Origin: Spirochaetia bacterium
GTDB taxonomy: Bacteria > Spirochaetota > Spirochaetia > SZUA-6 > Bin103
Assembly (NCBI GenBank): GCA_965198005.1
Contig: CBDAOI010000002.1
Span: forward strand, 64,001 to 128,000
Direction of reading: 5' to 3'
DNA: 64,000 nt
Of the stretch, positions 58,361-64,000 are shown piece by piece (positions within the stretch are counted from its first letter, which is position 1; every line of letters begins with the position of its first letter). Below the pieces are notes generated by a model. The model saw only the letters and a program-made list of their open reading frames with translations. It made no database searches and was not told where the DNA came from. A program made the position numbers and the translations under genes.

Positions 58361-61300
58361 GTGGAGCAGCGGTTCTTCGAACAACCGATCCTCAACTCGC
58401 CGTACGAGTACCCCGCCCGGCACTGGGAGCTGGACGCGAACCGGCAGCCCACCAACCGCATCGTGGAGCGCCGCCGCACGGTGTCGTTCATCACGCCGAT
58501 CCCCGCCGCCCGCAAGCGGCGTGCGAAGCAGCAGGAGATGGTGTTCGACCAGGCTGCCAGGGCGCTGGCGACCGACGGCCAGCAATACGACCTGACCGCC
58601 ATCATCGAGAGCGTGCGCCACAGCGTCGGCGAATGGCGCAGGCTGCCCCGCGCCCAGTGGCGGGTCACCCCCGAGACCGCGCGCCTGCTGGAACACTGGC
58701 GGCACCACCAGTTCAGCGACATCCGTCCGTTCTTCTGTCAGGTCGAAGCGGTCGAGACCGTGATCTGGCTGACCGAGGTGGCCCCCGGCCCCGGACGCGA
58801 GGGGCGGCAGTTCGTGCAGCGCCTGGAGGCGGCCAACGAGGAGGCCAATCCCGGCCTCGCCCGGCTGGCGCTCAAGCTCGCCACCGGCGCCGGCAAGACC
58901 ACCGTAATGGCGATGCTGATCGCGTGGCAGACCATCAACGCCGTGCGCCATCCGGGCAGCCGCCGCTTCACGCGCGGCTTCCTGGTGGTGACCCCCGGCC
59001 TCACCATCCGCGACCGGCTGCGGGTGCTGCAGCCCAACGACCCGGACAGCTACTACCAGAGCCGCGAGCTGGTGCCGCGCGACCTGCTCGGCGACCTGAA
59101 CCGGGCCAAGATCGTCATCACCAACTACCACGCCTTCATGCCGCGGGAGACGCAGGAGATCTCGCGCGGCGGGCGCGCCCTGCTGCAGGGCCGCGGCCCC
59201 GAGCTGCGCACGCTGGAGTCCGAGGGTCAGATGCTGCAGCGCGTCATGCCCGGCCTGATGGGCATGAAGCAGATCATGGCGTTCAACGACGAGGCCCACC
59301 ACTGCTACCGCGAGCAGCCGGACAAGGAGAGCGACGAGGCCAAGCTCACGGGCGACGACCGCGAGGAGGCCAAGAAGAACAGCGAAGCCGCGCGGGTATG
59401 GATCTCCGGCCTGGAGGTGGTACAGCGCAAGCTGGGGCTGAGCCGGGCGATCGATCTCTCGGCCACGCCGTTCTTTCTGCGCGGCTCCGGCTACGCGGAG
59501 GGCACCCTGTTCCCCTGGACGATGAGCGACTTCTCGCTGATGGACGCGATCGAGTGCGGCATCGTCAAACTGCCGCGCGTGCCGGTGGCCGACAACATCC
59601 CCGGCGCCGACATGCCCAAGTTCCGCAACCTGTGGGAGCACATCGGCAAGCGCATGCCCCGCAAGGGGCGCGCCAAGTCCGTGGCGCTCGACCCGCTGAG
59701 CATTCCCGTCGAGCTGCAGACCGCCCTCGAAGCCCTCTACGGCCACTACGTGAAGATCTTCGACCAGTGGCGCGAAGCCGGCATCGAGGTGCCGCCCTGC
59801 TTCATCGTGGTGTGCAACAACACGTCAACCTCGAAACTGGTCTACGACTACATTTCCGGGTTCCAGCGCCAGCATGAGGACGGCTCCTCGTCGCTGGAGA
59901 ACGGACGGCTGGAACTGTTCCGCAACTTCGACGACTACGGCAACCCGCTCGCCAGACCGCACACCCTGCTGATCGACAGCGAACAGCTCGACTCCGGGGA
60001 AGCGCTCGGCAGGGACTTCCGGGTGGCCGCGACCGATGAGATCGAGCGCTTTCGCCGGGAGATCATCGAACGCACCGGCGACCGCCGCCAAGCCGAGAGC
60101 CTTTCCGACCACGACCTGCTGCGCGAAGTGATGAACACCGTCGGCGTCGCGGGCCGGCTCGGGGGCGCCACCCGCTGCGTGGTATCGGTGTCGATGCTCA
60201 CCGAGGGCTGGGACGCGCGCACCGTCACCCACATCCTCGGCGTGCGCGCCTTCGGCACGCAGCTTCTGTGCGAGCAGGTCGTCGGCCGCGCCCTGCGCCG
60301 CCAGTCCTACGATCTGAATGAAGAGGATCTGTTCGACGTCGAGTATGCCGACGTGCTCGGCATCCCGTTCGACTTCACCGCCGAGCCGGTGGTGGCCAAA
60401 CAGCCGAAGCCACGCGAGACCGTACCGGTCAGGGCGATCACCCCGGATCGGGATGCGTGCGAGATTCGGTTCCCGCGCGTCCAGGGCTACCGCGTCGAAC
60501 TGCCCGAAGAGCACGTGGACGCAACGTTCGACGACGACTCGACCCTCGTGCTCACCCCGGAGATCGTCGGTCCTTCCATCACCCACAACGCCGGGATCAT
60601 CGGCCAGGGCGTCGACCTGAACCTGATCCACCGCCGGGATCTGCGCCTTTCCACGCTGGTCTACCATCTCACCAAGACCCTGCTGGAGAAACACTGGCGC
60701 GACCCGGAACAGAACCCGAAGCTGCACCTGTTCGGCCAGCTCAAGCGGGTCACGCGCCGCTGGCTGGACGATCACCTGGTCTGCAAGGGCGGCACCTACC
60801 CCGCGCAGCTCATGTACCAGGAGCTGGCGGATCAAGCCTGCACCCGCATCACGCGCGCCATCGTGGCGCGGCATCTCGGCGACCGCGCAGTCACGGCCGT
60901 GCTCGACCCCTACAACCCGACCGGCTCCACCATCCACGTCAACTTCACCACCTCGAAGCGGACCCGCTGGCAAACCGACGCGCGCCGCTGCCACGTCAAC
61001 TGGGTAGTCTGCGACAGCGACTGGGAGGCCGAATTCTGCCGCTTCGTCGAGTCGCAGCCGTCGGTACGCGCCTACGTCAAGAACCACGGTTTGGGGCTGG
61101 AGGTCCCCTACCGGTACGGCTCCGAGGCGCGCACCTACCTCCCCGACTTCATCGTGCTCGTCGATGACGGCCACGACGACGACGACCTGCTCCACCTCGT
61201 GGTCGAGATCAAGGGCTACCGCCGCGAGGACGCCAAGGAGAAAAAAGCGACCATGGAGACCTACTGGGTACCAGGCGTGAACCGCTCCGGCGCCTACGGC

Positions 61301-61378
61301 CGCTGGGCCTTCGCCGAGTTCACCGACGTGTATACGATCCAGGAAGATTTCCTGCGTGCGGTCGGGAAGAGCCAGTGA
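58361..61378 (+). CDS. Type III restriction Res subunit-like helicase-endonuclease (BPTD_3080-like family)
   Basis: PILNSPY, LATGAGKT, NDEAHHCY, SATP, MLTEGWD, QVVGRALRR, nuclease motif YLPDF..EIKG. Confidence 0.9.
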   Translation: MEQRFFEQPILNSPYEYPARHWELDANRQPTNRIVERRRTVSFITPIPAARKRRAKQQEMVFDQAARALATDGQQYDLTAIIESVRHSVGEWRRLPRAQWRVTPETARLLEHWRHHQFSDIRPFFCQVEAVETVIWLTEVAPGPGREGRQFVQRLEAANEEANPGLARLALKLATGAGKTTVMAMLIAWQTINAVRHPGSRRFTRGFLVVTPGLTIRDRLRVLQPNDPDSYYQSRELVPRDLLGDLNRAKIVITNYHAFMPRETQEISRGGRALLQGRGPELRTLESEGQMLQRVMPGLMGMKQIMAFNDEAHHCYREQPDKESDEAKLTGDDREEAKKNSEAARVWISGLEVVQRKLGLSRAIDLSATPFFLRGSGYAEGTLFPWTMSDFSLMDAIECGIVKLPRVPVADNIPGADMPKFRNLWEHIGKRMPRKGRAKSVALDPLSIPVELQTALEALYGHYVKIFDQWREAGIEVPPCFIVVCNNTSTSKLVYDYISGFQRQHEDGSSSLENGRLELFRNFDDYGNPLARPHTLLIDSEQLDSGEALGRDFRVAATDEIERFRREIIERTGDRRQAESLSDHDLLREVMNTVGVAGRLGGATRCVVSVSMLTEGWDARTVTHILGVRAFGTQLLCEQVVGRALRRQSYDLNEEDLFDVEYADVLGIPFDFTAEPVVAKQPKPRETVPVRAITPDRDACEIRFPRVQGYRVELPEEHVDATFDDDSTLVLTPEIVGPSITHNAGIIGQGVDLNLIHRRDLRLSTLVYHLTKTLLEKHWRDPEQNPKLHLFGQLKRVTRRWLDDHLVCKGGTYPAQLMYQELADQACTRITRAIVARHLGDRAVTAVLDPYNPTGSTIHVNFTTSKRTRWQTDARRCHVNWVVCDSDWEAEFCRFVESQPSVRAYVKNHGLGLEVPYRYGSEARTYLPDFIVLVDDGHDDDDLLHLVVEIKGYRREDAKEKKATMETYWVPGVNRSGAYGRWAFAEFTDVYTIQEDFLRAVGKSQ

Positions 61379-61406
61379 GTGGATTGATTACACTTATCGG
61401 AGGTGA
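61374..61406 (+). pseudogene. C-terminal remnant of a DUF4258-like toxin
   Basis: SEWIDYTYRR* immediately before the YgiT-type gene. Confidence 0.45.
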
Positions 61407-61408
61407 GC

Positions 61409-61639
61409 ATGTCCAGTTGTACGATCTGCGGCTCGGACGAAAGGCAAGGAAAGCTTGTAGAAGAGGTGTTCCGAATCGATGGACAGTATGTGCTGGTTGA
61501 CCATATCCCGGCGAACGTGTGCAACCGTTGCGGCGAAGAGACGTTGAGCCGAGAAACCGCAGACAGGATCCGTCTGCTGGTCCGCGGAGAGGCAAGGCCA
61601 ACCCGGTCCATTGCGGTTAAGGTTTTCGAGTTTGCTTAG
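61409..61639 (+). CDS. YgiT-type zinc finger (MqsA-like) antitoxin
   Basis: CTICGS..VLVDHIPANVCNRCGEETLS; GGAGG RBS. Confidence 0.88.
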   Translation: MSSCTICGSDERQGKLVEEVFRIDGQYVLVDHIPANVCNRCGEETLSRETADRIRLLVRGEARPTRSIAVKVFEFA

Positions 61640-61697
61640 GATTACCGGCTGGGGAGTTCTCGGTTGCCGCAAAAAGGTCGGAGACTGAAGGTGGGGC

Positions 61698-61784
61698 TCA
61701 GTGCAGCAAGCGCAGCAACTGATCCACGGTCAACGCCAGGACGCCGTACATCAGGTGGCATAGCACCTTCCCGTGCCCGCGCAC
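61698..61784 (-). mobile_element. C-terminal fragment of a DDE (IS4/IS5-like) transposase
   Basis: VRGHGKVLCHLMYGVLALTVDQLLRLLH* resembles transposase C-termini (recalled motif). Confidence 0.55.
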
Positions 61785-62092
61785 ATCACCGACCATGCCG
61801 ATGAAGAAGCCCGGGCAAACCGGTTATCTTACGACGAGATATTCAACAGAGTCTCCAGGTTCGAACCGTTGGGGCAATCATTTCAGGTAAGGTGATTTGG
61901 TCGGGTCAATCATCTTGAAGGCTATTTGGAGACGACACGCAGGCGGCAAGCAGGACGACGGTGCCGTAACAAGCGGCGATCAGACGCTGGTCGATCTCGG
62001 TTTGGAGGCTGCGGGCAAGACGGTCCCAGCGGTCGAGGGAACCGGCCATAGTAAGACCACCTCGCGACCTTCATTTCTTATGCTCATCCATG

Positions 62093-64000
62093 TCAATGGA
62101 TCCCCTCTACAGCCTCGGCCGTCTCTCGGACAGTCGCCTCTTGTTCTCGCATGCTCGTGTATTCGATGCCCGCGCGCCCGACTACCGCTATCCCCTCATT
62201 TGCGTCGTTCAGCAGCGCCTCGAACCCGCGTCGCTCTCCCGCCCACATCTCGCTCGCCGGCCCCACCCAAGACCTGATTCGACCAAGGGTTGCGTGCAGG
62301 ACGTCCTGCACTGAGTAACCTCGATCCAGAGCCATCAGAACTATTTCCCGCCACGTGGCGTCCAGGCTACCCTCCAGCGGATCGAGGTGATGTTCCTTCA
62401 ATGGCTCCGAGTCGACCAACTGGCGGTAGAGATCGAAGTCGCCGCCAACGAGCAGCTTGATCACCTCGGGCAATGCGATAACCGCATCAGCGGTGCCAAG
62501 GCGTGCCAGAACGTTTTGCCGCTGTTCGTGTCCCAACGACTTGGCCGCCGTCTTGGCCAGATCGTGCGTCATCCAGCGAGACGGGGATTCCACTGTCAGG
62601 TTCGACACCAGCCAGTCGGCGGCAAGATCTCTGTCTTGGGACAATATCTCCCCGATCCAATAGTCGTTGGATCGTCCGCTGGCTCCTCCCCGTGCCGAGC
62701 GAAGAATCGCTTGGCGCCACGCGGCACAAAGCCACTCAGGGACTTGACGCTCTCGATCCAGCCAATAGCCGACCGCCGTGGCCACCGCGATCCGCGTGAC
62801 GTTCGAATGCAGCATCGCATTGGTCACTACCTCCGGAATCTCATTGCGCGAGAACCTAATGAAATTCTCCAGGTGCGGCATATCGGCCGCACGACAGAGC
62901 GCCGCAGCGAATAGATCGCTCGGTGCCTCGCGTTGCGTCAACACCGTCTCGACGGCGATCCAGCGATACTCGTCCGCGTCGAGGCACCGGCGCGCGATAC
63001 ACGCCCACCCGGAGTGGCGGTTGGCTGCAGCTTTGCGGAAGAATGGCGTAACCAGCGCACTCGGGAGCGCATGATTGACGAGAACTTCGGCCGCTGTCAC
63101 GGGATCCGACACCCGTTCAGCCAAGTGTGCACAGAACGCGGGCGACAGTCGCGGATGATCGATTCCTACCAGATCGGCCTCATACTCGCACCACTTCAGA
63201 AACGACGCGACATCCTCCAGGGAACGGCTTCTCCAGTTGTCCGCGAGTTCGGCGATCGCATCATACCGTAGACGGTGTTGGCGTTCCCAATCCTGCGAGT
63301 CAAATGATTCCGGCGGACACAACACTTCGAACTCTGGGTGGAGGGTAGATTCTATTTCTATCTCGAAATGGCGAGCTATCTCACCAATCCGATGCTGTAC
63401 ACCGGGATGTCGCCGAGAAACGGCGGCCATCCCTTCGAGCATCGTACTCGCGGAGTTGCGCAGAATCCTGTCAGTGGTATCGCCGAACTTGACGGGCGGG
63501 AAGAACGACGCCTGAGGGATTAGCCATGCACGTACTAACTCGAACAGCTCGCGCCACGGCACGTGCTCCGATTCGCGCACCACGTTCAGGACCGCCGGCC
63601 AAAGTTCGACTATCGCCCGAAGATCGGAATCGCCAAGCATCTCGCTCCAGTAGGAAACGGTCTTCCCGATGCCTGGGTCCAGAACGGAATAGTCGAACCC
63701 CGGCATAAGAGCTACGCACAGCGCTCGCACGGCAGGCAAGCCGTTCCGGGTCCTCATCCACCATGCAACCGTCTCCCTCACGAGCGCTAGACGTCGCTCG
63801 ATGACGTGTTCTCCGTCGGATGAAGTACCCTTTACCCACTCTTTCAGATGATCTATAGCGCCTTCTGTCGTTGACTCGCCGGAACGGCCACGGTCGTCGA
63901 CCATCCTGGCGAGAAGCAAGGGTATCGCCGTCTCCGGCGCATTGAGCAGGGCCGGCTGTGCAATCTCGTGAATGAACGCGGGATGCCTTTCGAGGGTGTA
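62093..64000 (-). CDS. Large helical hypothetical protein, 5' end outside the window (possible C-terminus of a large ATP-binding/STAND-like protein)
   Basis: Open frame to the window edge (>630 aa); C-terminal SWVGPAS..FEALLND..RE pattern. Confidence 0.75.
   Translation of the reverse strand, partial: YTLERHPAFIHEIAQPALLNAPETAIPLLLARMVDDRGRSGESTTEGAIDHLKEWVKGTSSDGEHVIERRLALVRETVAWWMRTRNGLPAVRALCVALMPGFDYSVLDPGIGKTVSYWSEMLGDSDLRAIVELWPAVLNVVRESEHVPWRELFELVRAWLIPQASFFPPVKFGDTTDRILRNSASTMLEGMAAVSRRHPGVQHRIGEIARHFEIEIESTLHPEFEVLCPPESFDSQDWERQHRLRYDAIAELADNWRSRSLEDVASFLKWCEYEADLVGIDHPRLSPAFCAHLAERVSDPVTAAEVLVNHALPSALVTPFFRKAAANRHSGWACIARRCLDADEYRWIAVETVLTQREAPSDLFAAALCRAADMPHLENFIRFSRNEIPEVVTNAMLHSNVTRIAVATAVGYWLDRERQVPEWLCAAWRQAILRSARGGASGRSNDYWIGEILSQDRDLAADWLVSNLTVESPSRWMTHDLAKTAAKSLGHEQRQNVLARLGTADAVIALPEVIKLLVGGDFDLYRQLVDSEPLKEHHLDPLEGSLDATWREIVLMALDRGYSVQDVLHATLGRIRSWVGPASEMWAGERRGFEALLNDANEGIAVVGRAGIEYTSMREQEATVRETAEAVEGIH

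Noticed and set aside
48967-61378. Calling the island DISARM, Dpd or BREX
   Set aside because: No methyltransferase, DrmA/DrmD, DpdA or PglZ-type genes are visible; only the DUF1998 helicase is shared with DISARM/Dpd

Overview
High-GC bacterial window with three zones. The gene order and solute-binding-protein style suggest a member of Spirochaetota, probably non-motile and host-associated; this is inference. (1) About 1-19.7 kb is a decayed accessory zone. It holds two peptide/nickel-type ABC SBP-permease-permease operons, one intact and AT-richer and one damaged, plus a third telescoped copy. It also has an HNH endonuclease with internal tandem repeats, Rpn, IS110 and toxin-antitoxin remnants, a mosaic of short gene fragments, a 4-unit ~125-bp intergenic array and a candidate leader-peptide attenuator. 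(2) About 19.7-40.9 kb is a clean housekeeping block: mraZ-rsmH-ftsL-murF-ftsW-ftsQ-ftsA-ftsZ-xerD-dprA-[topA remnant]-xerC-hslV-hslU, recN, nadK, a DegT-like gene, pcm, tRNA-Ile(GAT), ahcY and adk. (3) About 45-64 kb is a defence-like island. It contains an RqlI-like DprA with an RqlH-like RecQ-PRTase, a 1428-aa DEAH/DUF1998 helicase, and a decayed SF1 helicase-DUF559. It also has hicBA, a type III Res-like endonuclease with no methylase in view, an orphan YgiT antitoxin and a partial large protein. The best candidate for a new system is the 740-aa protein translationally coupled to the DUF1998 helicase: it starts with a PIN domain and ends in a gapless match to the archaeal/eukaryotic ribosomal protein eL13 (L13e) motif. 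All family assignments come from reading motifs by eye; no database searches were run.
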